From Pseudomonadota bacterium (GTDB taxonomy: Bacteria > Bdellovibrionota > FAC87 > UBA2466), in NCBI GenBank assembly GCA_009927005.1, contig RFNV01000159.1, positions 5,605-69,604 of the forward strand: DNA of 64,000 nt. Direction: 5' to 3'. Made by a program: the position numbers and the translations under genes. Below the pieces are notes generated by a model that saw only the letters and a program-made list of their open reading frames with translations, did not search any database and was not told the origin of the DNA. Of this stretch, positions 1 to 10,387 are shown piece by piece (the stretch's first letter is position 1; every line of letters begins with the position of its first letter).

Positions 1-1360
1 TTTTGAAAACATTCAAAAATTGACTCCGGCCTCGATCTTAAGTCTGCAACCATCCAAAAGAGAATCTCTTTCTGTTTCTCAATACTGGTCTGCTCGAGAG
101 ATCTGCAACCAGGCAGTTAAAGAGGGATTTCAGGGCAGTCTCACAGATGCCGAGGCAACACTTCATAGAGTCTTAAAAGATGCAGTGAAAATCCGAATGG
201 AAGCTGATGTTCCTCTAGGAGCCTTTCTTTCGGGTGGTATTGATTCTTCATTGATTGTTTCGCTGATGCAGGCCCAAAGCTCTCGCGCGGTAAAGACCTT
301 CACGATCGGATTTGAAGAAGCTGCATTCAATGAAGCCGATTTTGCGAGAAAAGTATCGGCACACCTAAAAACCGACCACACAGAACTGATTGTCACTCCC
401 CAACAGGCTCGGGACGTTATTCCTTTATTGGCCTCGATGTTTGATGAACCTTTTTCAGACTCTTCCCAAATTCCCACTTACTTAGTTTCTAAACTCGCTC
501 GAGAAAAAGTAACCGTTTCACTTTCGGGAGACGGGGGCGACGAACTCTTTGCAGGTTACAACCGCTACTTATGGGGAAAACGTTTCTGGGACCGATTTGG
601 TGAATTAAGTCCCCCCTTAAGAAGCCGATTAGCTCAGCTTTTAAACGCCGTTCAACCTCGCGCGTGGGATACGCTTTTTCATTCAGTAGATAAGTGGTTG
701 CCCGCAAAGTTCCGTTGGGCTGCACCGGGTGAAAAAATTAAAAAGTTGGCCGAAGTGCTTGGTGTTTCAAATTCTCATGAACTTTATATTGCCCTGACCT
801 CTCATTTTAATCCCCCAAGCAAGGTGACAGTTTTTTCAGAGGAACCCCCCACTGTTGTCACCAGCAAAGTCTCCTGGCCGGACTTTGAAGGCCCGATTGA
901 GCGAATGATGTTTTTTGATTTGATGACCTATTTGCCCGATGATGTTTTGGTAAAAGTAGATAGAACCACCATGGCAGTCAGCCTCGAAGGGAGAATGCCC
1001 TTACTCGATCCCCGAGTCATCGAACTTGCTTGGTCTTTGCCTGAGACTTTCAAAATTCAGCACGGGGATGGAAAATTTATTTTAAAGAAAATCCTGGAAA
1101 GCTACGTTCCCAGGGATTTATTCGATCGTCCAAAAATGGGCTTTAGTGTGCCAGTGGGAGAGTGGATCCGGGGACCGCTTCGGGATTGGGCGGAATCCTT
1201 AATGTCAGAAGAGCGGCTAAATCGAGAGGGAGTACTCCAAACTCAAGTCGTTCGCTCGATGTGGAGCGAGCATTTATCTGGGAAGCGAAACTGGCAGCAC
1301 CATCTTTGGGATGTGCTCCTCTTTCAGGATTGGTTAAGTTATTGTAATAATGGGCTTTAA
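1..1360 (+). CDS. asnB: Asparagine synthase (glutamine-hydrolysing), C-terminal synthetase domain; 5' end lies outside the window
   Basis: The ORF is open from the window edge. It has an SGGIDSS PP-loop ATP pyrophosphatase motif and an AsnB-like C-terminal region. Confidence 0.75.
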   Translation, partial: FENIQKLTPASILSLQPSKRESLSVSQYWSAREICNQAVKEGFQGSLTDAEATLHRVLKDAVKIRMEADVPLGAFLSGGIDSSLIVSLMQAQSSRAVKTFTIGFEEAAFNEADFARKVSAHLKTDHTELIVTPQQARDVIPLLASMFDEPFSDSSQIPTYLVSKLAREKVTVSLSGDGGDELFAGYNRYLWGKRFWDRFGELSPPLRSRLAQLLNAVQPRAWDTLFHSVDKWLPAKFRWAAPGEKIKKLAEVLGVSNSHELYIALTSHFNPPSKVTVFSEEPPTVVTSKVSWPDFEGPIERMMFFDLMTYLPDDVLVKVDRTTMAVSLEGRMPLLDPRVIELAWSLPETFKIQHGDGKFILKKILESYVPRDLFDRPKMGFSVPVGEWIRGPLRDWAESLMSEERLNREGVLQTQVVRSMWSEHLSGKRNWQHHLWDVLLFQDWLSYCNNGL

Positions 1361-1426
1361 TCCAGCGCTTGAAAACCCGCTCCAAAATAGATAAGACTGC
1401 GGGTTTGGGGGCAGGAGAGGAATGGA

Positions 1427-3292
1427 ATGTGCGGAATCATTGGCTATAACGGAAGTAGCGACCCTAAAGACATTCTGATTGATGGTTTAAAGCGCCTCGA
1501 ATACCGCGGATACGATTCTGCGGGAATAGCCATTCTAGAAAAAGAACATGTCGATGTTTACCGTTCAAAAGGTCGAATCCAAAAATTAGAGGATAAGCTA
1601 GTTGGAAAACAGTTTAATGGCTCATTAGGCATTGGGCATACTCGTTGGGCTACTCACGGAGCGCCTAATGAAATCAACGCTCACCCTCACAGGGTTGGGG
1701 CTGTCACTCTGGTTCATAATGGAATTATCGAAAATTACCTCGAACTCAAAGAAGCCCTAAAAAATCAAAAAAGAAAAATTGCGAGCGAAACAGACACTGA
1801 AATTGTTGCTCACCTGTTTGATATTGAAATTCAAAAGGGTTCTTCCCTTCAGAAGGCTGTCCGAGCAGTAACTCCTCAGCTTAAAGGCTCTTATGCCTTT
1901 GTGGTCATGAGTGATCACGAACCCGATGTTTTATTAGGGGTGAGGCATGGAGCGCCTCTCCTGGTAGGAATTGGGGAAAAGGAAAACTTCTTAGCCTCTG
2001 ATGTTCAGGCCATTCTTCACCGAACCAATAAAGTTATTTATTTAAATGATGATGAGTACGTCATCTGCCGCAAACGATCGGTAGAGGTTTTTAACTTTAA
2101 CGATCAACCAGTCCAATTCGAAATTAAGACAATTCAGTGGACCCCTGATCAAATGGAAAAAGGCGGATACCGCCACTTCATGTTGAAAGAAATTTATGAA
2201 CAGGGGCAAGCCGTAGCGAATACTTTAGAAAATAAAATTGATCTTACTAAAGGACTCGTTTGCATTCCTGAACTCCAAAAGCAAATTGATTTACTTAAAA
2301 AAGTAAAAAATATCTCTATCGTAGCTTGTGGAACCGCAAGGCATGCTGCTCTTGTTGGCAAATACTACATCGAAAAATTTTCAAGAGTTGCAGTAGACGT
2401 CGATTTTGGTTCCGAATTTCGTTACCGGGATCCCATTCTTGATACAGAATCGTTAACTATTTTGATTTCTCAATCTGGTGAAACAGCAGATACTTTGGCT
2501 GCTCAAAAAGAAGCCAAGTCCAAAGGGGTAAGAACACTTGCTATTTGTAATGTCCGAGAAAGCACCTTGGCCCGAGAGTCGGACATGGTTATCTACACTC
2601 AAGCTGGTCCAGAAATCGGTGTGGCCTCCACCAAAGCTTTCACAACCCAATTAGTTGTCCTTTACCTAGTCGCATTGGAATTGGGACTGATGAGGGGCTC
2701 CTTAACTGAATCCCAAGCTAGAGAATATACTACCGACGTTTTAAAACTGCCTTTTCTCATTGAAAACACTTTGTCGTTGGATCAAAAAATCGAACAGATT
2801 TCATCTCATCTTCAAAAGAAAGATTTCTTTTTCTATTTAGGAAGAGATGTCAATTACCCCATCGCTCTTGAAGGGTCCTTGAAATTAAAGGAAATCAGTT
2901 ACGCTCATGCGGAAGGATATCCTGCTGGGGAAATTAAGCATGGACCCATTGCACTCATCGATAAGAAAGTAGCAACCATTGTACTGACTCCGACCGCCAC
3001 TTCATCGGAAACTAACCCCGATACTACTAGCGGTATTCTCTACGAAAAAATGATGAGCAACTTGCAGGAAGTAAAAAGTCGTGGGGGCATGATTATTAGT
3101 ATTGGGAGCGGAGAAGATAAGAAGTTGACCAATGAGTCAAATTTCTACTTAGGTATTCCTAAAACGACTTGGGCCCTAAATCCCATTCTTCTGACAATTC
3201 CTCTTCAATTATTGGCGTATCATGTGGCCGTCGGTCGGGGAACGGATGTCGATAAACCTAGAAATCTAGCAAAGAGTGTAACCGTAGAGTAG
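1427..3292 (+). CDS. glmS: Glutamine--fructose-6-phosphate aminotransferase
   Basis: N-terminal MCGI nucleophile Cys, two SIS domains and a C-terminal ...KSVTVE tail. Length is 621 aa, and a GGAG-like SD lies upstream. Confidence 0.9.
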   Translation: MCGIIGYNGSSDPKDILIDGLKRLEYRGYDSAGIAILEKEHVDVYRSKGRIQKLEDKLVGKQFNGSLGIGHTRWATHGAPNEINAHPHRVGAVTLVHNGIIENYLELKEALKNQKRKIASETDTEIVAHLFDIEIQKGSSLQKAVRAVTPQLKGSYAFVVMSDHEPDVLLGVRHGAPLLVGIGEKENFLASDVQAILHRTNKVIYLNDDEYVICRKRSVEVFNFNDQPVQFEIKTIQWTPDQMEKGGYRHFMLKEIYEQGQAVANTLENKIDLTKGLVCIPELQKQIDLLKKVKNISIVACGTARHAALVGKYYIEKFSRVAVDVDFGSEFRYRDPILDTESLTILISQSGETADTLAAQKEAKSKGVRTLAICNVRESTLARESDMVIYTQAGPEIGVASTKAFTTQLVVLYLVALELGLMRGSLTESQAREYTTDVLKLPFLIENTLSLDQKIEQISSHLQKKDFFFYLGRDVNYPIALEGSLKLKEISYAHAEGYPAGEIKHGPIALIDKKVATIVLTPTATSSETNPDTTSGILYEKMMSNLQEVKSRGGMIISIGSGEDKKLTNESNFYLGIPKTTWALNPILLTIPLQLLAYHVAVGRGTDVDKPRNLAKSVTVE

Positions 3293-3493
3293 GCTTTGGG
3301 GTCTTATCGTTAAACAACGACAACGAATAGAGCCAATCTGGATAAGCTCTTTTAAAAGTCTTGTATTCTCTTTTCTCATCGTTTGAACACAAGTTGCGGT
3401 CTCGGCTAAACTGAAAGGCTGGTACTCCCGATTGGAGAAACTCTTCGTCCATCGCTTGGGTCATACAAAAAAATGGAAGGCCAGAAGCCGATT

Positions 3494-4990
3494 TTATAAT
3501 TCTTCGACGCTGTCTTTCATTGGAGATCGAACATAGACTGGAACATCCCCAATCAAATCCCACTGATTAACTTTATCAAAAGCCTCGGATGGAAGAATTC
3601 CGGCCTTAATATAAAAATCATTTAAGGAAGGTTTATGATCACCAAACATGAGAATAAGGGCATCGGGATCAATCTTAAGAGTATCATCAACAAATTTGGT
3701 TACCTGGGAAATCGTTCGGGTAAGCCTTTTTCTATAATCCGTAACTCCGGAATCGTTGCCCTCTTGGTAAGGACCATGAGTATAAACTGTCGTCAGATAC
3801 AAAAATAGGGGCTTGTCCTTTTTCTCTTTTAAGATCTTAAGCGCAGAATCAAAGAGAATAGAATCATCAGCCCAGCCTGTGACAGGTCCCCGATAGTCCA
3901 TATCCTGCAACCCAAGGAACCGTTCAAACCCAAACTTGGGATTGATAATATTACGATGCCAAAATTTTTTGTCGTGATTGTGAATAGCGATGGTTGAATA
4001 CCCAAGGTTGTTAAGGTATCGGGGAAGCGCATGAGCGCTCTTTCCCATCGACGATGCATATTCTTGGTAAATAACCCCATTGAGGGAGTTGGTGCGCGAG
4101 GGTAACCCAGTCATTACTTCAAATGCTGCATTGGCCGTACTCCCACCATAGACTGGTGAGATCGAACGAAACTCTCTAAATCCTCTCTCTTTCAAAGGAG
4201 AAAACAATTTTGAAAAATGAGTGTCATCATGCCAACAAGACTCGCACAAAATGTAGATGATAGTTTTAGGGCGGTTGAGTTTGGGCAACTCTTTACTAAC
4301 TAATTTTTTAAATTCCTCAAGCTGGCTTTCACTTGGCAAAGGGGGAATTCTTTTTCCGCTGGTGTGCGCCAAATGAAAAGGCAAACCATAGAGTTTAACG
4401 TCCTTTTTCCAGTCAGGAAAAAAATAGAAAATTTTGTTTTTCCACAGGTGGTGCCGAAATATTCGGGCCGCCTCAGATTCGCCCTCAGCTAAACGAGAGA
4501 AAATAACAGCCGGATATAAAATGATGGCCAGAGCTAAAAAGGTAGAGCGTACTTTCAAAGGGTAAGGCGCCTTTGGTCTCTCCATTAGAAAAGTAATAAG
4601 GGATATTACGATTAAAGCGAACAGAAACCAAAGGTGCCAAGCATTGATGTAACGAAATACGATTGAGTAATTGGGTGTTTGGAAAATATCTCCCCATGAA
4701 AGCGCTTCGTTAATAATCGCTACTTTGCTCACATGCGCAACACTGAGAATAAGTTCTAAACTTGCAACCACAATGGTGGAAAAAATGGGCTTAAAAAAAG
4801 CTCGGAAGGCAAAATAACAAAAAAGGACTGGGATGGGAGATATCCAAAAAGCAAGCCAGCGCGGCCCTTCTTCACCATAGAAGTCGAACTTATGGAGATA
4901 CCTCAGGCAAAGAAAATGTATCCCCAATAAGAAAAGGAGAGAGAGGGCCTCAGTGAAAAGATTCAGGCCCCTCGACCGATGAAAGATCAT
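3494..4990 (-). CDS. Sulfatase / alkaline-phosphatase superfamily membrane protein (LTA synthase or phosphoethanolamine/phosphoglycerol transferase-like)
   Basis: About 5 N-terminal TM helices followed by a sulfatase-like periplasmic domain. It ends the rml-like operon. Confidence 0.55.
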   Translation of the reverse strand: MIFHRSRGLNLFTEALSLLFLLGIHFLCLRYLHKFDFYGEEGPRWLAFWISPIPVLFCYFAFRAFFKPIFSTIVVASLELILSVAHVSKVAIINEALSWGDIFQTPNYSIVFRYINAWHLWFLFALIVISLITFLMERPKAPYPLKVRSTFLALAIILYPAVIFSRLAEGESEAARIFRHHLWKNKIFYFFPDWKKDVKLYGLPFHLAHTSGKRIPPLPSESQLEEFKKLVSKELPKLNRPKTIIYILCESCWHDDTHFSKLFSPLKERGFREFRSISPVYGGSTANAAFEVMTGLPSRTNSLNGVIYQEYASSMGKSAHALPRYLNNLGYSTIAIHNHDKKFWHRNIINPKFGFERFLGLQDMDYRGPVTGWADDSILFDSALKILKEKKDKPLFLYLTTVYTHGPYQEGNDSGVTDYRKRLTRTISQVTKFVDDTLKIDPDALILMFGDHKPSLNDFYIKAGILPSEAFDKVNQWDLIGDVPVYVRSPMKDSVEEL

Positions 4991-5037
4991 AGATACAAAA
5001 TTGTACCATTATCGGCAAATTTACTCGCCGCGCAAAT

Positions 5038-5598
5038 TCAGTTGATTTTGGAGCGACGAATAAAGGCAACCACTTCAGCCCAAGTAGGAAAGTTTGACTG
5101 ATTTTGGCGCTCTAAGTCTGGGGGATTCTGCTCAGGTTGTGCGGAGCCCAACAAAATCCCATTAGCTCCTACCCTTACTCCCAAGAGCACATCGCTCCAC
5201 TTGTCCCCTACCGTGTAGCTTCTGCTTAAATCAATAGAATGAGTCTTGGCCAAATCAAGAATCAATTTTGTTTCCGGCTTTCGGCACTTACAAAGATCTT
5301 CGGGTTTATGAAAACAATAGGCAAATTCAAGAATCTCAATTCCCGATTCTTTTAACAATTTGCAAACACGCTCATGAACTGATCGAAATTCACTATCGGT
5401 AATAATTCCTCGCCCCACCCCAGACTGGTTGCTCACAACAAAAAGCAAAAACCCTAAATTTTGAAGTTCTTTTAGAGCTTGGGGAGCCCCTGAAACCCAT
5501 TTCACTTTTTCGGGATCTTTTGGGTAGTGCAGATCCTCAATTAAAGTTCCGTCTCTATCAAGAAAAATGGCTGGTCTTTTCATCATAAGTTTAATCAC
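5038..5598 (-). CDS. gmhB: HAD-IIIA phosphatase, D,D-heptose 1,7-bisphosphate phosphatase (GmhB)-like
   Basis: DRDGTLIED motif I, VVSNQSGVGRG motif, and KCRKP. It overlaps the upstream oxidoreductase gene by 4 bp. Confidence 0.55.
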   Translation of the reverse strand: MIKLMMKRPAIFLDRDGTLIEDLHYPKDPEKVKWVSGAPQALKELQNLGFLLFVVSNQSGVGRGIITDSEFRSVHERVCKLLKESGIEILEFAYCFHKPEDLCKCRKPETKLILDLAKTHSIDLSRSYTVGDKWSDVLLGVRVGANGILLGSAQPEQNPPDLERQNQSNFPTWAEVVAFIRRSKIN

Positions 5599-6677
5599 AT
5601 TATTTTCTCTATCATTCTGCCTACTTCAGCCCCCAAACTCAACGAGGCTGTCAGCCCCGGAGATTCGATTCCCAGCAGATGGAGATATTTCCCATGAGCT
5701 TCCAAAAGAAAATCTGAGTGGGCTTCTCCCCTAACAAACAGCTTTGGTCTCAGCCCTATGAAACCGGGACTGAGATTTTCTGGTTTTAGTTCCGGCAAGT
5801 ACTTCGCCGTTTGATTTAAAAAAACAGGCTTTAACTCGTCCCAATTACAATCCAAATCCGAGCTCCAATCAGCATCGGGGCCCAAGCGGGCATTTCCTTT
5901 CAAATCAGGAGTGAGATGAATTCCCAAGCCATCTTTCTCTGGAACCGGGTAAACCAAAACTTGCAACGGTTCTTGAAAAAAGGACTTCACTCCAAAATAT
6001 CGGCCCCGGCAAAACCGATGCTCATAGACATCGGTATTTAAGACATTATTTGAAATTTTTGCGGCTTTTCCCCCGGCTGAGTTAATCAACACTTTCGCTC
6101 TGATTTGTATAATTTGCTCTCGTTCCCGCACCTCAACCACCCAGGGATCTCGGTCCAACACCCTGATAAATTCGGATCGGTAACTGAGCACGGCCCCCTT
6201 CTCTCTTGCCTTGTTTTCAAGCACTTGAAGATATCGATGAGAATCAAAAACTCCTGATAGCGGAAAGAAAAGAGCTGCAGTGGCTTTAACAAAGGGAAGT
6301 TTTCGCTTTAACCAATCCGAACCTACCCTTTGAAAGGGAACAATCTCATACTCGCAATGGCTAACCAATTCCGCGAGCTTTTCTTCTTCTTTCTGATTAG
6401 TGGCGATCACGTATTTGCCACATTGTCGGTGGGGAATCCGATTTCCCTGGCAGAATCGATAGAGTTCATTTCGGCCTATCTTACAGTGTTCTGTCTTCAA
6501 CGACCGATGTGGATAGTAAATTCCACTATGAATCACTTCACTGTTTCTGGAGGATGCTTCCTGCCCAAACGATGGATTTATTTCGATTAAAATTCGATTC
6601 AAGTGAGGAGGAACTTGATTCAAACAACTAAGGCCAACGGCTCCCCCGCCAATTATCAGAATATCAGTCTCAATCAT
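5595..6677 (-). CDS. FAD-dependent oxidoreductase, L-2-hydroxyglutarate oxidase (LhgO)-like
   Basis: N-terminal ILIIGGGAVGLS dinucleotide fold and an SSRNSEVIHSGIYYP motif as in LhgO. It overlaps the rmlD homologue by 8 bp. Confidence 0.5.
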   Translation of the reverse strand: MIETDILIIGGGAVGLSCLNQVPPHLNRILIEINPSFGQEASSRNSEVIHSGIYYPHRSLKTEHCKIGRNELYRFCQGNRIPHRQCGKYVIATNQKEEEKLAELVSHCEYEIVPFQRVGSDWLKRKLPFVKATAALFFPLSGVFDSHRYLQVLENKAREKGAVLSYRSEFIRVLDRDPWVVEVREREQIIQIRAKVLINSAGGKAAKISNNVLNTDVYEHRFCRGRYFGVKSFFQEPLQVLVYPVPEKDGLGIHLTPDLKGNARLGPDADWSSDLDCNWDELKPVFLNQTAKYLPELKPENLSPGFIGLRPKLFVRGEAHSDFLLEAHGKYLHLLGIESPGLTASLSLGAEVGRMIEKIM

Positions 6678-7530
6678 GTTGTCCTTGATGCAAAAATTCT
6701 TTTAACGAGGTTTTCCAACTTCCTAGACTCTGCACTTTCAATTGCCTTTTCAATTTGTCATTTGCAAGACGACCATTCAAAGGCCTTTGTGCTGGAAGGT
6801 TTACTTCTCGCGTGCGAGCCGGAATCAGTTTTACCGGTAAGTGCCATTCTTCTTTTACAAATTGGTAGACGTCCATCCAAGAGGCAAAATCATCGTAAGC
6901 GAAATGAAATAAACCAGTGGCCTCCTGGACTATCAGAGCCAAAACAGCTTTTACAACATCCCGAGACCAGGTTGGAGCTCCAAACTGATCAACAAATGGA
7001 GAAAATTTTTCTCGGCTTTTCAAGCCGGCAAATCGATTTTTCTTTTTTCCGTAAAGCCACTGAACACGAACAACCAAATGATTGGGATGATTCCGAACTG
7101 CCTTTTCTCCCATCAGCTTAGTCTCTCCGTACCAATTTCTCGGTACTGGTTTTGTGGGATCCATTTCAGTCCACGGTTTATCGCCCTCTCCACTAAAAAC
7201 ATAATCCGTGCTGAAATGAATTAATCGGGCGTTTGCACCGGTAGCGAGTTCTGCTAAATGTTTGGGTCCAACTGCATTGATGAGTCTAGCCCGTTCTCTA
7301 TCCGTTTCTGCTTTGTCGACATCGGTGTAGGCCGCGGCATTTATGATCCACTTTGGTTTTAGGGCCTCAAGCACTTTCGCTATGGCTTGTGGATCCGTGA
7401 TGTCTAAACTCGAGGAATTCTTTTCAACAAAGGAAATTTGATGCTCTTTAAAGGCAGAGGCTATTTCACTGCCCAAAAGTCCATTGGACCCAATCAAAAG
7501 GACCGGACCCGAAATCATTAACCCAGGCAT
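6670..7530 (-). CDS. rmlD: dTDP-4-dehydrorhamnose reductase
   Basis: LLIGSNGLLG Rossmann motif and YGETKLMGE (YxxxK) as in RmlD/RfbD. It overlaps rmlA by 13 bp. Confidence 0.75.
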   Translation of the reverse strand: MPGLMISGPVLLIGSNGLLGSEIASAFKEHQISFVEKNSSSLDITDPQAIAKVLEALKPKWIINAAAYTDVDKAETDRERARLINAVGPKHLAELATGANARLIHFSTDYVFSGEGDKPWTEMDPTKPVPRNWYGETKLMGEKAVRNHPNHLVVRVQWLYGKKKNRFAGLKSREKFSPFVDQFGAPTWSRDVVKAVLALIVQEATGLFHFAYDDFASWMDVYQFVKEEWHLPVKLIPARTREVNLPAQRPLNGRLANDKLKRQLKVQSLGSWKTSLKEFLHQGQHD

Positions 7531-8237
7531 TCTTCAAACATGAGACGATTGGCAAGATAAAGAGAGTTAAAGGTGCCGGCATCCGTCCATGCTCCCTTAA
7601 AGAAATCACAAGTGAGTGTTCCTTGCTGGACATAGTAATTATTAACATCGGTGATCTCCAGCTCTCCTCGACCACTTGGTTTGAGAGTTTTGATGACATC
7701 AAAAACCGTCGAATCATAGAAGTAGATACCGGTTACAGCGAAATTTGACTTAGGGTTTTTTGGTTTCTCCTCAATACTTAAAATTTTATTTCCCTGAAGC
7801 TCCGCTACTCCATATCTACCCGGATCTGGAACTTCTTTAAGTATTACCCTTGCACCCTTTTTTTGCTCCTGATAAGCCGTCACAAACCCATTCAAATCAT
7901 CGGAGAAAATATTGTCTCCCAAAATCGTCACGAATTTCGAATCGTGAATAAAGTCCCTCACTAATCCAAGTGCTTGAGCAATTCCGCCAGCTTCATCTTG
8001 TACTTTATACCCGAAGCGAACCCCATAATCTTTTCCCGAACCAAGCAAGTTAACCACTGCGCCCATGTGCTCGACTCCCGTCACGATCACAATGTCAGTA
8101 ATTCCTGCTTTGATCAGTTTATCAATCGGGTGAAGAATCATGGGTTTACGGCCCACAGGAAGAAGATGTTTGTTCGTCACTTTAGTTAAAGGATAAAGCC
8201 GAGAGCCGGTACCGCCTGCAAGAATTACCCCTTTCAT
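7518..8237 (-). CDS. rmlA: Sugar-1-phosphate nucleotidyltransferase, short-form glucose-1-phosphate thymidylyltransferase-like
   Basis: MKGVILAGGTGSRLYPLT N-terminus. It is 239 aa, lacking the long-form C-terminal tail. It overlaps rmlB by 4 bp. Confidence 0.7.
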   Translation of the reverse strand: MKGVILAGGTGSRLYPLTKVTNKHLLPVGRKPMILHPIDKLIKAGITDIVIVTGVEHMGAVVNLLGSGKDYGVRFGYKVQDEAGGIAQALGLVRDFIHDSKFVTILGDNIFSDDLNGFVTAYQEQKKGARVILKEVPDPGRYGVAELQGNKILSIEEKPKNPKSNFAVTGIYFYDSTVFDVIKTLKPSGRGELEITDVNNYYVQQGTLTCDFFKGAWTDAGTFNSLYLANRLMFEECLG

Positions 8238-9277
8238 GACATCACCTCACCTGTCTTCGATCCTTTAGGTTGATAATTGGCCTGATAGTATTTGAAATAT
8301 TCTTTGTCCCGAACCTTTTCCCACCAGGATCTATTCTGTTGGTACCATTCGACAGTAAGTTGAAGGCCCTGTTCTAAGCTATACTTGGGCTTCCATCCCA
8401 ATTCCTTTTTAATTTTTTCAGGATTTAATCCATAACGACGATCATGTGCAGGGCGATCCCCAACAAATGTGATGAGGCTTTCTGGTTTTTTCAATAGCCC
8501 CAAGGTTTTTTTAATCATTTCTAAATTAAGGACCTCGGCACTAGAGCTTATATTGTATACCTCTCCCGATTTGCCCTTTCTGAGAACGGCATCAATCCCT
8601 CGACAATGATCCTCGACATAGATCCAATCCCGAACCTGTTTTCCATCTCCGTACACCGGAATGGACTTGTCCTCTAGGGCATTAGCAATAATCAAAGGGA
8701 GAAGTTTCTCTGGAAATTGGTAGGGCCCGTAATTATTTGTACAGCGAGTGATTAAGATGTCCTGTTGATAAGTTCGATGACTGGCCAAAGCCAAAAGATC
8801 AGCTCCTGCCTTCGAAGCAGCGTACGGGGAGTTAGGAGACAAAGAAGTCTGTTCAGTAAAAGTCGGATCTTGTGGTTCCAAAGAACCATAAACTTCATCT
8901 GTAGAAACATGAACAAATCGTAAATTTCCAGCCTTTCGAGCCACCTGAAGAAGATTTTGAGTTCCTAGGATGTTGGTCCTGACAAAGGCTTGCGGATCTA
9001 AAATACTTCTATCGACATGGGTCTCGGCCGCAAAGTTGATGACAGCATCAATTTGATGGGATTTCAGTACTTGGGCGACTTGAGGATCCCCGATATCCAT
9101 TTTGTAAAAGTGATAGCGACTGCCTCCCAGATGCCCTAATCGGCTTACGGTATCCGGATGGGCTGCATAAGTCAGACCATCAAGATTAACTACCGTGGAT
9201 TCCGGATATTCCCTTAAAAAAAATTCAACAAAATGGGAACCAATGAACCCTGCTCCACCGGTAATTAAGACTTTCAT
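8234..9277 (-). CDS. rmlB: dTDP-glucose 4,6-dehydratase
   Basis: MKVLITGGAGFIGSHF, HVSTDEVYG and YAASKAGAD motifs. The start was chosen at the internal Met that has a GAGG SD; the track ORF extends to 9307. Confidence 0.85.
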   Translation of the reverse strand: MKVLITGGAGFIGSHFVEFFLREYPESTVVNLDGLTYAAHPDTVSRLGHLGGSRYHFYKMDIGDPQVAQVLKSHQIDAVINFAAETHVDRSILDPQAFVRTNILGTQNLLQVARKAGNLRFVHVSTDEVYGSLEPQDPTFTEQTSLSPNSPYAASKAGADLLALASHRTYQQDILITRCTNNYGPYQFPEKLLPLIIANALEDKSIPVYGDGKQVRDWIYVEDHCRGIDAVLRKGKSGEVYNISSSAEVLNLEMIKKTLGLLKKPESLITFVGDRPAHDRRYGLNPEKIKKELGWKPKYSLEQGLQLTVEWYQQNRSWWEKVRDKEYFKYYQANYQPKGSKTGEVMS

Positions 9278-9390
9278 GGAAACCTCGTTAAATCCGTGAT
9301 TTACCACACAGTTAGGGCTGCTACCAGCTCGTTAAATTTAATGCGTTGGGTCACGCTTTAAAAACCAGTACGGTCTGTTAAGCTAGCCGA

Positions 9391-10338
9391 ATGCAAAAAG
9401 AACGGATCCTCATCACAGGTGCCACGGGTTTTTTGGGGCAAGCTCTAGTGCGGATTCTTATTGAAAACAAACGGGGAGCTTCCTCTGCACCGCAGTTATT
9501 CACTTTGGGGCGCGGAGATTTGAAATTTCCTGAAGTTAATCACACTTCGTTAAATCTAGAGAACCGTTCAGAGACTCTGGCTTACTTAAAAAAAACCCAA
9601 CCGACTCAGGTTTATCATCTTTCAGGTCTTTCTCGAGTTTCTAAATCGATTTCTTTAGCGGATTACTTCACCTCAAATACCCTTCACACTCAAAACTTAG
9701 TAGATGGGCTCAGTGTTCTCCCAGGAGAGGTGAAAACCCTTCTGGCCAGTTCTGTTCATGTTTATGGGAATCAAAGTGGAGCTGTTTCGGAAGAATCTGG
9801 AGTTCATCCCCAGAGCTCTTATGCTTTTTCAAAATTTTTGTCTGAAGAGTGTCTCAAAAGCTTCTCACGAATCAGCGATAGATTTAAGGTGATCACCATT
9901 CGTTTATCAACTTGTTTTGGACCGGGACAAACCTGTGGATTTGTTGCAAGCGACCTTGCTCAAAAAGTTAAAGAAGCGAAGCTCAAGAATTTGAAGAAAA
10001 TTATTACCGGCCCCCTCTTACCTTTTAGACAATTTATGGACTTTAGGGACGTGGCCACTGCTTTCCAAATGGCAATGGAAACAAAACAAACGACACCGTT
10101 TGAAGTTTATAATCTCGCCTCGCCTCAAAAAACTACCATTCAGACCTTGCTCAACGAACTGCTTAGTCTTGCGCAAATAAATGTTCAGATTGAGAGCCAG
10201 GATAATGGGGAAAATTCTTTTCGGGGGCTGGATATTCCTGCTGCTAAATTTCATTCCCAATGGCCTCACTTCTCATTTCGGCCCTTCAGTGAAACGCTCT
10301 CTGAGATTTGGGATTACAATCTGAAAACACCAAGTTGA
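9391..10338 (+). CDS. NAD-dependent epimerase/dehydratase (extended SDR)
   Basis: ILITGATGFLGQAL Rossmann motif and YAFSK catalytic YxxxK. It is divergent from rmlB. Confidence 0.6.
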   Translation: MQKERILITGATGFLGQALVRILIENKRGASSAPQLFTLGRGDLKFPEVNHTSLNLENRSETLAYLKKTQPTQVYHLSGLSRVSKSISLADYFTSNTLHTQNLVDGLSVLPGEVKTLLASSVHVYGNQSGAVSEESGVHPQSSYAFSKFLSEECLKSFSRISDRFKVITIRLSTCFGPGQTCGFVASDLAQKVKEAKLKNLKKIITGPLLPFRQFMDFRDVATAFQMAMETKQTTPFEVYNLASPQKTTIQTLLNELLSLAQINVQIESQDNGENSFRGLDIPAAKFHSQWPHFSFRPFSETLSEIWDYNLKTPS

Positions 10339-10387
10339 ATTCTCAACTCTTCCTGACTACACTTAGCAATCATTTTGGAGGTTTTTC

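Noticed and set aside
163-725. Minus-strand ORFs of 104 and 78 aa inside asnB
   Set aside because: They are fully antisense to a well-supported coding frame and have no RBS or domain signal. They are shadow ORFs, as are the many similar 60-165 aa antisense ORFs in the track (for example 2453-2650, 6603-7121, 13978-14475, 40039-40470, 46147-46554).
1361-1426. Possible glmS ribozyme upstream of glmS
   Set aside because: The gap is only 66 nt and lacks the conserved ribozyme core. glmS ribozymes are essentially restricted to Gram-positive lineages.
3258-3563. 101-aa minus-strand ORF spanning the glmS/sulfatase-gene intergenic gap
   Set aside because: It overlaps the 3' ends of both flanking genes. 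It has no SD, a low-complexity sequence and no domain, so it is probably non-coding.
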